The notes below the pieces were generated by a model that worked only from the letters and a program-made list of their open reading frames with translations, was not told the DNA's origin and searched no databases. Shown one piece after another: positions 16,365 to 26,292 of a stretch of DNA of 32,000 nt. The translations under genes and the position numbers were made by a program. Position 1 is the stretch's first letter. The number at the start of each line of letters is the position of its first letter. The stretch lies in the sequence record JPID01000014.1; one strand, 5' to 3'.

Positions 16365-16381
16365 AAAGTGTTTTTCTATCT

Positions 16382-16801
16382 ATGTTACAACCAAAACGTA
16401 CACGATATCGTAAACATCATAAACCACCACATGTGAGTCCAACGAATAATACATCACATTTATGTTTTGGTGAATATGGGATTCAAGCATGTACATCCGG
16501 TCGAGTGACCGCTCGTCATTTAGAAGCTATTCGACGTGTGTGTACTCGTGTATGTCGTCGTCAAGGAAAAATTTGGATTCGTGTATTTCCAGACTGGTCT
16601 GTCACACGTAAATCTGCAGAATCTCGTATGGGAAAAGGTAAAGGTGCACCAAGTTTTTGGGTGTGTCCTGTACCTGCCGGAACACTGGTAGTAGAACTCA
16701 GTGGTATGCCTCAAGAAACAGCACGCCGTGCTGCCTATCTTGCGGGATTTAAACTTCCTATGACAACGCGATTTGTCACACGGCATGGTATTGCTGGATA
16801 A
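16382..16801 (+). CDS. rpl16: Ribosomal protein L16
   Basis: MLQPKRTRYRKHHK..., GRVTARHLEAIRR, RMGKGKGAPSFWVCPVPAGTLVVEL. ATG at 16382. Confidence 0.95.
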   Translation: MLQPKRTRYRKHHKPPHVSPTNNTSHLCFGEYGIQACTSGRVTARHLEAIRRVCTRVCRRQGKIWIRVFPDWSVTRKSAESRMGKGKGAPSFWVCPVPAGTLVVELSGMPQETARRAAYLAGFKLPMTTRFVTRHGIAG

Positions 16802-16819
16802 AAAAATGTAGTATATACT

Positions 16820-17047
16820 ATGACACGTTCTGCATGGAAAGGACCGTATACTCGCGTTGCCTCGACAGATCAGGTGATTTGGTCACGAGCTTCTATGATT
16901 ACCCCCGAATGGGTTGGACGACGTGTATCCATTCATAATGGAAAAACCTATGTCTCTCTTGATGTCACTCAAGATATGGTAGGACATCGATGGGGTGAAT
17001 TTGCGTCAACTCGACGTCGTGCACAACACCGTCGTGAAACACGATAA
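16820..17047 (+). CDS. rps19: Ribosomal protein S19
   Basis: RSAWKGPY..., WSRASMITPEWVGRRVSIHNGKTYVSLDVTQDMVGHRWGEFASTRR. ATG at 16820. Confidence 0.92.
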   Translation: MTRSAWKGPYTRVASTDQVIWSRASMITPEWVGRRVSIHNGKTYVSLDVTQDMVGHRWGEFASTRRRAQHRRETR

Positions 17048-17193
17048 ATATCTATAGTCATAGAGACACTCTATAGAATAGATGATTTTTTATCGAATCA
17101 TAGTACATCACTACGTGTCATACGCATATACAATGATGTCATAGAGATATATTTATGAATCTGGGTATGATATGAAAAAAAAATATAGATGCC

Positions 17194-17715
17194 ATGACAT
17201 CATATACTATGTCTCCAGTACACTATTATATGCAAAAGTGGCCCTATATGTTGCTCTATCAATATACAGGAATGCGTGTTGATCAATGGCAACATCTTCG
17301 TGTGTCTTTGGGACCACATGCGGCATGTATGGTCTGTAAAAATTCACATCTTATTCCATATATGTCTCATACTCATATGTGTCATGGGGCAACATGTATG
17401 ATTGGTGTGTCATCCATGGAAGATATGCATCGTGTGCATACTTTAACCCAAGAATATGGGTATTCTATGGTATTGATTGGTGGGTATTGGAACCAACAAT
17501 GTCGAAGCTATCAAGATGTGATGCATCTTTGTACACTTCCATCACATACCACGTTATATACAACGTTTCTTCAGTGTATTTCACCTGTATCCCACTTGGA
17601 TTCAACACTTCAACACTCTCAAATTCAATGTGTGAATACTCTCGAGGCATCTCAAACACGTCTCTATCATCTATTATATATGTATACGACAACACATTCC
17701 ACATCTCACCACTAG
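17194..17715 (+). CDS. rpl10: Probable mitochondrial ribosomal protein L10 (very divergent)
   Basis: 173 aa. Its motif pattern aligns by eye with bacterial L10: YMLLYQYTGMRVDQWQHLRVSL (E. coli [21 protein letters not shown]), MVCKNSHL (VVRNTLL), HGATCMIGVSSMED (VGPTLIAYSMEH), VLIGGYWNQQCRSYQDVMHLCTLPSHTTL ([26 protein letters not shown]). It lies at the end of an r-protein gene block. Confidence 0.6.
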   Translation: MTSYTMSPVHYYMQKWPYMLLYQYTGMRVDQWQHLRVSLGPHAACMVCKNSHLIPYMSHTHMCHGATCMIGVSSMEDMHRVHTLTQEYGYSMVLIGGYWNQQCRSYQDVMHLCTLPSHTTLYTTFLQCISPVSHLDSTLQHSQIQCVNTLEASQTRLYHLLYMYTTTHSTSHH

Positions 17716-17735
17716 AGATTATATTGTTTATATAT
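17714..17735 (+). repeat. Dispersed block-end element, exact 22-mer AGAGATTATATTGTTTATATAT
   Basis: Identical to 6868-6889. It overlaps the TAG stop of rpl10, the last gene of a plus-strand block, and lies 9 nt from the 3' end of the convergent rns. Confidence 0.9.
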
Positions 17736-17743
17736 AAAATAAT

Positions 17744-19203
17744 AGTCAATCCAACCGCAGGTTCCCCTACGGTTACCTTGTTACGACTTCACTCCAGTTG
17801 ATCTATGCGGTCTGGGACCCATGATGTACAGTGTATGATGTGTGTATTGTTCACAATACACGTGGCATACACGGTATGTATAGGTACTTCCACTACATAC
17901 ATCTCCCAGAGTGTGACGGGCGGGGAGTACAAGGCTCAGGTACATATTCACCGTGGCGTGCTGATCCACGATTACTAGTGATTCCGGCTTGATGGTGTCG
18001 AGTTGCAGACACCAATCCGTACTGAGGTGTGATTTGGCGATTGGCTCCACCTTTCGGTCTTGCTACGTATTGTTCACACCATTGTAACACGTGTGTAGCC
18101 CAGTTCATAAGGGTCATGAGGACTTGACGTCATCCCATCCTGCCTCCAGTCTCTCACTGGCGGTCCACATTGACATACGTGTGTATAGTGCAATGTGGCA
18201 GGGTTTCGCTCGTTCGGGAAATTAATCCAACATGTCACCACACGAGCTGACGACAGCCATGCAACACCTGTGATCCATAGGGATCATGTCAAGAACTGGT
18301 AAGGTTATGCGCGTAGTATCGAATTAAACCACATGTTCCACCACTTGTGTGAGCCCCCGTCTATTCCTTTGAGTTTTAATCTTGCGATCGTACTCCTCAG
18401 GCGGACCATTTACCGCGTTAGCTAACCCACATCCCTGAATCTCAGGAATATAGGGAATGGTCATCGTTGACAGCGTGGACTACAGGGGTATCTAATCCCT
18501 TTTGCTCCCCACGCTTTCGCACCTCAATGTCAGGTACGTGCAAGAGCACTGCCTTCGCGTTTGGTGTTCCTTCCCAGATCAACACATTCTACCGCTTCCT
18601 GGGAAATTCCATGCTCCTTTCACGTCCTCAAGTGATATGATGTCTGTATCTATCGACAAAACCTATGGTTTGAATACATACCACACCATATCACCACCTA
18701 CGTGCGCTTTACGCCCAATCATTTTGAATAACGCTTGCCCCTCTCGTATTACCGCGGCTGCTGGCACGAAATTAGCCGGGACTTGGACACTTTACACGGT
18801 CAATGTCTATATAAAGTGCATAGGGTTTACAACGTATGTCGCCGTCATCCCCAAAGCGATATCACTGGATCAGGCTTGCGCCCATTGTCCAAGATTCCCC
18901 ACTGCTGCCGCTCGTAAGCGTCTGGGCCGTGTCTCAGTCCCAGTGTGGCCGATCATTCTCTCAAACCGGCTAGGCATCTCAGGCTTGGTGCGCCATTACC
19001 ACACCAACAACCTAATACCCCGCAAGCTCATCCATAGCCGATATATATCTTGTGATAGACACAGCAACATTTCGTTACAAGCTATGGGTAGATTCTCACG
19101 TGTTACGCACCCGTGCGCCACTCATATACATGTGTATATGCGTTCGACTTGCATGTGTTAGGTGTATCGCGAGCGTTCATTCTGAGCCAGGATCAAACTC
19201 ATG
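17744..19203 (-). rRNA. rns: Small-subunit rRNA
   Basis: Minus-strand matches to 16S landmarks: GAGTTTGATCCTGGCTCAGAATGAACGCT near the 5' end (about 19200), GTGCCAGCAGCCGCGGTAATAC, AAACTCAAAGGAATAGACGGGGGC, CCGCCCGTCACAC, AAGTCGTAACAAGGTAACCGTAGGGGAACCTGCGGTTGGATTGAC at the 3' end (about 17744). No intron and no anti-SD CCTCC. Ends are +/-10 nt. Confidence 0.95.
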
Positions 19204-19215
19204 TCATATAGTGGC

Positions 19216-19247
19216 ATCTATCATAATACAATATCATTATGATAGAT
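19216..19247. other. Perfect hairpin (12-bp stem ATCTATCATAAT/ATTATGATAGAT, 8-nt loop) just upstream of the rns 5' end
   Basis: The inverted repeat was read directly. A second 8-bp hairpin, ATACATCA/TGATGTAT, lies at 19301-19324. Confidence 0.7.
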
Positions 19248-19403
19248 CATATATGCATAGTATATATACTACATATATGTATAGTACAAACGGTTTGTTG
19301 ATACATCATGTCAACGTGATGTATGATATAAAGAGTCTATCTCTCTTGAAACCGTGCATCTCCAAAGACATCTATCAGACAACAACATTCAATACGATGT
19401 CTA

Positions 19404-21005
<1,602 letters not shown>

Positions 21006-21132
21006 CTAGACAACAAAAGAAATAGGTGCTTCTCAAAGAGCTCTATATAGAGAGACACACAAAAGACTCACACATCGCATGATACACATCTACGTTGTCT
21101 ATATACCACATAACACATGTGTGTACTCTATA

Positions 21133-22602
21133 CTAGAGACCATGATAAATGACATGAGCCACACTGCTATGCATGACGGAAAGATATGATTCGGGATAGA
21201 GCCCCATCCAAAGTACTACTAGGATGAGTGGTACAAAACACCAAAATTCACGTCGATTGATATCAGCTGTAGTATTCATAAAATGGGGTTTTGGAACACC
21301 ATATAAAACACGATTACACAACCATAGTCCATACCCAGCGCCTAAAATCATACCACTTGCTGCAAGAGATGCTGCCCAAGTTGATGTTTGAAAAATACCA
21401 GCAAACACGAGAAATTCTCCTACAAAACTACTTGTTCCTGGAAGACTAATATTAGCCATGGTAAAAAAGACTAAAAAAAGAGCAAAAAGTGGCATAGTAC
21501 GAGCCATACCTGCGTAGTATCGTAATACACGAGTTTTATGACGATCATACAGAACACCAACACATAAAAAGAGTGCAGGTGATACCACACCATGGCTTAA
21601 CATTAATACAATAGCACCTTCAATTCCCTGTGTATTGAGACTAAAAAGACCAAGTGTGACAAAATTCATATGGGCAACACTTGAATACGCAATGATTTTT
21701 TTTAAATCAACTTGTCGAAGTGTTGTTAAACTTGTATAGACAATAGCAATCACACTCATGGTGAGCATGAGTGGTGTAAAATAGAGTGTGGCATAAGGAA
21801 ACATGGGAATTGAAAAACGTAAAAAACCATAGGTTCCTAATTTTAAAAGAACACCTGCTAACACCAGACTTCCAGCAGTAGGTGCCTCTACGTGAGCTTC
21901 TGGAAGCCAAATATGTACTGGAACCATAGGAACCTTAACAGCAAAACTGGCAAACATAGCAACCCATAGAAGAAGTTCACGAGATTCACTCCATGTGGTT
22001 GTGTAGAGCATATCAATATCCGTACTTCCACATTGAAACGCCATGAGTAATACACCTAAGAGCATGAGCACGGAACCTAGAAGCGTATAGAGAAAGAATT
22101 GATATGCAGCACGAATTTTACGTTCACGTGCACCCCACACCCCAATAACCAAAAACATGGGCAAGAGCACACTTTCGAAAAACACATAGAAAAGCAGTAA
22201 GTCGAGAGCTGAAAATACAGCCATCACCATGCTTTCCATCAGTAAAAATGCAATACAGTATTCACGAACACGATGTTGCACACTATGCCAACTTGCTAAT
22301 ATACAAATAGGCATTAAAAATGTGGTTAAGAGCACAAAAAACAGTGAAATACCATCGAGACCAAATCGAAAGTGTGTTGTATCCAACATACTGCTAGCAC
22401 CACCAAAGGAGACGTCAAACACATATTGATAAAGCGGTGTTGATGCATCAAATTCAACCCATAAAACCAGTGACAGTACAAATGTCAACACCATAGTCCA
22501 AAGGGTCCACATTTTATAGGTGTTGGACATACCACGTGGAAGTATTGGTAACACCATGGCACCAACAATAGGCATACACAGGACAAGGGCAAGAGGGGAC
22601 AT
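21133..22602 (-). CDS. nad4: NADH dehydrogenase subunit 4
   Basis: 489 aa. ND4 motifs VPMVPVHIWLPEAHVEAPTAGSLVLAGVLLKLGTYGFLRF and IIAYSSVAHMNFVTLG. ATG at 22602. Confidence 0.96.
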   Translation of the reverse strand: MSPLALVLCMPIVGAMVLPILPRGMSNTYKMWTLWTMVLTFVLSLVLWVEFDASTPLYQYVFDVSFGGASSMLDTTHFRFGLDGISLFFVLLTTFLMPICILASWHSVQHRVREYCIAFLLMESMVMAVFSALDLLLFYVFFESVLLPMFLVIGVWGARERKIRAAYQFFLYTLLGSVLMLLGVLLMAFQCGSTDIDMLYTTTWSESRELLLWVAMFASFAVKVPMVPVHIWLPEAHVEAPTAGSLVLAGVLLKLGTYGFLRFSIPMFPYATLYFTPLMLTMSVIAIVYTSLTTLRQVDLKKIIAYSSVAHMNFVTLGLFSLNTQGIEGAIVLMLSHGVVSPALFLCVGVLYDRHKTRVLRYYAGMARTMPLFALFLVFFTMANISLPGTSSFVGEFLVFAGIFQTSTWAASLAASGMILGAGYGLWLCNRVLYGVPKPHFMNTTADINRREFWCFVPLILVVLWMGLYPESYLSVMHSSVAHVIYHGL

Positions 22603-22617
22603 GAGATATATCTATTT

Positions 22618-24612
22618 TTAGAGCACCGGTGAAACCAGTCCAGACACCAGAAGAACACCTACAAGACGAGCATCCATAGAAAGAGATGACATACTTGCCA
22701 GTGCAACACAGACCGTAACACCAAACAGCATCACAAGTGCATAGTGATACATATAACCAGACTGTAGTTGACGAAGACGTTGTGCAAGCGCAAGACTACA
22801 CTGCGAAAGACCTTGTGGCCCCATCATTTCTAAAAGACCACGATCGAGTGCACGAAAACTCGTGCGATATCCCCATACCATTGCCGGACGACCCACATAT
22901 GCATTATAGACCACATCTACAAACCAACGACGATTACAAAAACGCATCACCGAACGATACCAGGGATGTGTGTGTAGAGACTCTACCCATGCCGGAGAAA
23001 CCATACATGTGATATACGCTACACCAAGACCTGCCAATGTACCAAAGACTGGAACAAGACGAATCCATTGATCGAGATATTCTGATTCCACCATAGAGTC
23101 ATGATATGGTGATGTATAGACAGCATTGCCCCAAAAATCTGTTCCAAGACCAATAAACATATCTCGAGAAAGATATCCCACAAAAATACTTCCTACAGCT
23201 AAGATATATAAAGGTACAGCCATAGCAACTGGCGCTTCATGAACATGAGACATGGATACACGACTCGCACGTGGTGGTACAAGAAATACTAAAAAAAGAA
23301 GTCGAAAACTATAGTAACTTGTTAGAAATACCACCAATGTAGTAATACACCATGCAAAATTTCCCATGGATGTATATTGTCCACCAGAAATTTCTAGGAT
23401 AACATCTTTACTATAAAAACCTGTAAGGTATGGCCATCCAACAAGTGCTAATGTACCAATCAATGTCATAGCATAGGATAAGGGGACTAGTCGTACAAGA
23501 CCTCCCATACGTCGCATATCCTGTTCATCTCCGAGTGCATGAATAACACTTCCAGCACTTAAAAAGAGAAGTGCTTTAAAAAAAGCATGATTGGCTAAAT
23601 GATAGACACCAAGGGCATATTGAGACATACCACATGCTACCATCATATATCCCAATTGACTGGCTGTAGAATAGGCAATAACACGCTTCATATCATGTTG
23701 AAATGCTCCGGTTGTTGCCGCAAAAAGACATGTCATAGCACCAATAATCGTAACACATGCAAGTGCTGTTGGAGATGATTCATAGAGTGGACTGAGACGA
23801 GCCAATAAAAAAACACCAGCTGTAACCATGGTGGCAGCGTGAATTAACGCAGACACGGGTGTTGGACCCTCCATAGCATCAGGAAGCCATGTATGAAGTC
23901 CCATTTGAGCAGATTTTCCCATAGCACCAATAAATAAAAGGATACAGGCTAAATCATTCCAATTCACTGGAATACCCCACATCATAAAGGTATGTTGATA
24001 ACAGTGGGGTGCACATGCAAATACAGTAGCAAAATCCACACTTTGATACTGCATATAGACAGCAAAGGTTCCCAGTGCTAGACCAACATCACCGATACGA
24101 TTCATGACCATGGCCTTAATACTGGCCTTATTGGCAGCAACGCGTGTAAACCAAAAATTAATCAAAAGATAACTGGCAAGACCAACACCCTCCCAACCAA
24201 AAAAAAGTTGTACAAAATTATCAGCTGTTACCAACATCACCATGAAAAAGGTAAAAATAGATAAATAACTCATAAATCGTGGAATATGAGGATCTGCACT
24301 CATATATCCTGTGGAATAAAGATGTACTAAACTACTGACACCGGTAATAACAACCAACATCACACATGTCAGTGTATCAAAATAAAAACCCCATCGAGCC
24401 TGAAATAAATCGGACACAAACCATGGACTCAGAGCAATACTACATGGACTTGCCTGAAATCCCACTTCATACAAGGCCATCATAGAGAGACATGCGGTGA
24501 TTGCCACACTTCCTGTGGTAATCAGTGCAGCTCCACGATGTCCAAGATATCGACCACCAAATCCTGCAGTCAAACTTGCCATAAGTGGCAGGGTGATAAT
24601 CAGCAGATACAT
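22618..24612 (-). CDS. nad5: NADH dehydrogenase subunit 5
   Basis: MYLLIITLPLMASLTAGFGGRYLG... at ATG 24612. ND5 motifs FFGWEGVGLASYLLINFWFTR, KSAQMGLHTWLPDAMEGPTPVSALIHAATMVTAGVFL. The track start at 24663 is a GTG that would overlap trnR. Confidence 0.96.
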   Translation of the reverse strand: MYLLIITLPLMASLTAGFGGRYLGHRGAALITTGSVAITACLSMMALYEVGFQASPCSIALSPWFVSDLFQARWGFYFDTLTCVMLVVITGVSSLVHLYSTGYMSADPHIPRFMSYLSIFTFFMVMLVTADNFVQLFFGWEGVGLASYLLINFWFTRVAANKASIKAMVMNRIGDVGLALGTFAVYMQYQSVDFATVFACAPHCYQHTFMMWGIPVNWNDLACILLFIGAMGKSAQMGLHTWLPDAMEGPTPVSALIHAATMVTAGVFLLARLSPLYESSPTALACVTIIGAMTCLFAATTGAFQHDMKRVIAYSTASQLGYMMVACGMSQYALGVYHLANHAFFKALLFLSAGSVIHALGDEQDMRRMGGLVRLVPLSYAMTLIGTLALVGWPYLTGFYSKDVILEISGGQYTSMGNFAWCITTLVVFLTSYYSFRLLFLVFLVPPRASRVSMSHVHEAPVAMAVPLYILAVGSIFVGYLSRDMFIGLGTDFWGNAVYTSPYHDSMVESEYLDQWIRLVPVFGTLAGLGVAYITCMVSPAWVESLHTHPWYRSVMRFCNRRWFVDVVYNAYVGRPAMVWGYRTSFRALDRGLLEMMGPQGLSQCSLALAQRLRQLQSGYMYHYALVMLFGVTVCVALASMSSLSMDARLVGVLLVSGLVSPVL

Positions 24613-24658
24613 TATTACTATTATGGTTTTTACACACCTGTACACGCATTGTCTACTA

Positions 24659-24732
24659 TACACTCTGCAGGATTTGAACCTGCGACCCTCAACTTAGAAG
24701 GTTGGCGCTCTAGCCATCTGAGCTAAGAGTGC
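24659..24732 (-). tRNA. trnR: tRNA-Arg(UCU)
   Basis: Acceptor GCACTCT/AGAGTGT (G1:U72). D arm GCTC/GAGC. Anticodon loop CT-TCT-AA. T arm GCAGG/CCTGC. Confidence 0.9.
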
Positions 24733-24746
24733 TCGACATATTCACG

Positions 24747-24829
24747 TGCTCACTACCGGACTTGAACCGGTATCCCATATGGGAACAGATTTTAAGTCTG
24801 TCGTGTATAGCCAATTCCACCAAGTGAGC
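24747..24829 (-). tRNA. trnL: tRNA-Leu(UAA)
   Basis: Acceptor GCTCACT/AGTGAGC. Anticodon stem ACAGA/TCTGT, loop CT-TAA-AA. Long variable arm (CCCATATGGG). T arm ACCGG/CCGGT. Confidence 0.92.
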
Positions 24830-24847
24830 AAACACATGAGTAGACGT

Positions 24848-25393
24848 CTAGTCTGAAAGTGCCTCGAGAGCTCTGTGAATCACGTCAGAAGATACGCCAG
24901 AATCATAGAGACCATGTTCTAACATCACCAGAGCTGGAATTCCCATAGCAACCTGTTGAACCATGCGAGATGTTTGTCCAGCTGACATATGATGCATATA
25001 GGCACATCGTTGATGAATACCACGACATACATCTTGGCGAACCATATCTGTACATGCTTGAGCATAGCCAGCGACATGATGTTGTACTGTATGCCCTAAT
25101 GTGGCCATAGATGCTCCTACATGTGTGGTTGATGTATGCACATGTACCAGAGATTGAAGTGCTTGTTCACGTGTCACAAGGGACTGTTCCATTTCTTGAG
25201 CAATATCGTGTCCACGACTATCCATACTAGCACCAATACTGTCACCAGCATAGGTATACACAAGATAGACAAATAGAAAAAAACTCAGAGCTACAAGAGT
25301 TTCTTCATTATAGATTAAAATATGTTTACTGCTACAGACACACCATAGCAAAAATGCTGCTACATACCAGCGTACATCACGAGTGCGAACCAT
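24848..25393 (-). CDS. atp4: ATP synthase F0 subunit b (ymf39)
   Basis: N-terminal membrane segment plus the characteristic SSKHILIYNEETLVALSFFLFV motif of mitochondrial atp4/ymf39. It lies directly downstream of atp8. ATG at 25393. The track start at 25411 is a TTG. Confidence 0.8.
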   Translation of the reverse strand: MVRTRDVRWYVAAFLLWCVCSSKHILIYNEETLVALSFFLFVYLVYTYAGDSIGASMDSRGHDIAQEMEQSLVTREQALQSLVHVHTSTTHVGASMATLGHTVQHHVAGYAQACTDMVRQDVCRGIHQRCAYMHHMSAGQTSRMVQQVAMGIPALVMLEHGLYDSGVSSDVIHRALEALSD

Positions 25394-25413
25394 GTATATT
25401 ACGTTTTCCAATG

Positions 25414-25872
25414 TTATCCACGAGTCTCACGAATAGCGCGTACCATATACGCTACACGTAGGGACAGAGGAGCTTGTGTGAGAGCATGATAATAGGCACA
25501 TTCTTGGCTAACTACCTGTTGTGCCATGTGTCGCATATATGCAGCATCGGCACTACCATAGTGATGCGTCATAATATCACGACATGTAGCATGAGTCCAT
25601 GTTTGTGCTTGGGTTTGAGCAGTGTGCATGGCACTACGAGCTTCGTGATGAGCTTGGCTTAATACACCATGAACACTATGCTCTACATGCTGTACTTCTT
25701 CACTGGAGTCGCCAGCGTGGTGCTGCATATGGTGAATACGTGCTTGACGATACGCCATAATACGACTTACACGAGGTAACCAATACTTTGTTGCACCGTA
25801 GTAAAGACCACCATAAAACACACATAGCCAAAAATATTGTGAAAGATAGGTCACATGATCAAGTTGTGGCAT
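25414..25872 (-). CDS. atp8: ATP synthase F0 subunit 8 (orfB/ymf19 type)
   Basis: The MPQLDHVTYLSQYFWLCVFYGGLYY N-terminus is typical of atp8. 152 aa, of plant/protist orfB length. ATG at 25872. Confidence 0.88.
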   Translation of the reverse strand: MPQLDHVTYLSQYFWLCVFYGGLYYGATKYWLPRVSRIMAYRQARIHHMQHHAGDSSEEVQHVEHSVHGVLSQAHHEARSAMHTAQTQAQTWTHATCRDIMTHHYGSADAAYMRHMAQQVVSQECAYYHALTQAPLSLRVAYMVRAIRETRG

Positions 25873-25929
25873 AAATATCTCGATTTTATCAGTCTATATC
25901 CATATATATTTCTATAGATATAGAATCTC

Positions 25930-26012
25930 TGGGAGAGGCAGGATTCGAACCTGCGTAGACTACCGTCAACGGAGTTACAGTCCGTCGCCTTTAGCCACTC
26001 AGCCACTCTCCC
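25930..26012 (-). tRNA. trnY: tRNA-Tyr(GUA)
   Basis: Acceptor GGGAGAG/CTCTCCC. Anticodon stem ACGGA/TCCGT, loop CT-GTA-AC. Long, bacterial-type variable arm. T arm GCAGG/CCTGC. Confidence 0.92.
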
Positions 26013-26137
26013 AGCACATATAGAATGCACACATCCACATGCACATCTATATAAAATACACAGAGATCTGTATGTTATATAGAGACAGCTCCACACTGCT
26101 GTACGTATCTCATAGACCTCTATACGACACATATGTG

Positions 26138-26211
26138 GAGCAAGTAACTCAGTTGGTTAGAGTACACGCTTGATAAGCGTGATGTCGGGGGTTCAAGTCC
26201 CTTCTTGCTCA
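26138..26211 (+). tRNA. trnI: tRNA-Ile(GAU)
   Basis: Acceptor GAGCAAG/CTTGCTC. D arm ACTC/GAGT. Anticodon stem CACGC/GCGTG, loop TT-GAT-AA. T arm GGGGG/CCCTT. Confidence 0.92.
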
Positions 26212-26292
26212 AATATTGTTGATGCTAGTCGTGATATATATATGTATATGGTATCGATATGCTATGTATATCAAAAAATATCCCAATTCTGT

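Noticed and set aside
17781-19161. Track ORFs inside or antisense to rns (17781-18050, 17893-18117, 18502-19161, 18735-18917, 19052-19432)
   Set aside because: They overlap conserved 16S-type sequence, for example the 530 loop and the decoding centre. There is no protein signature.
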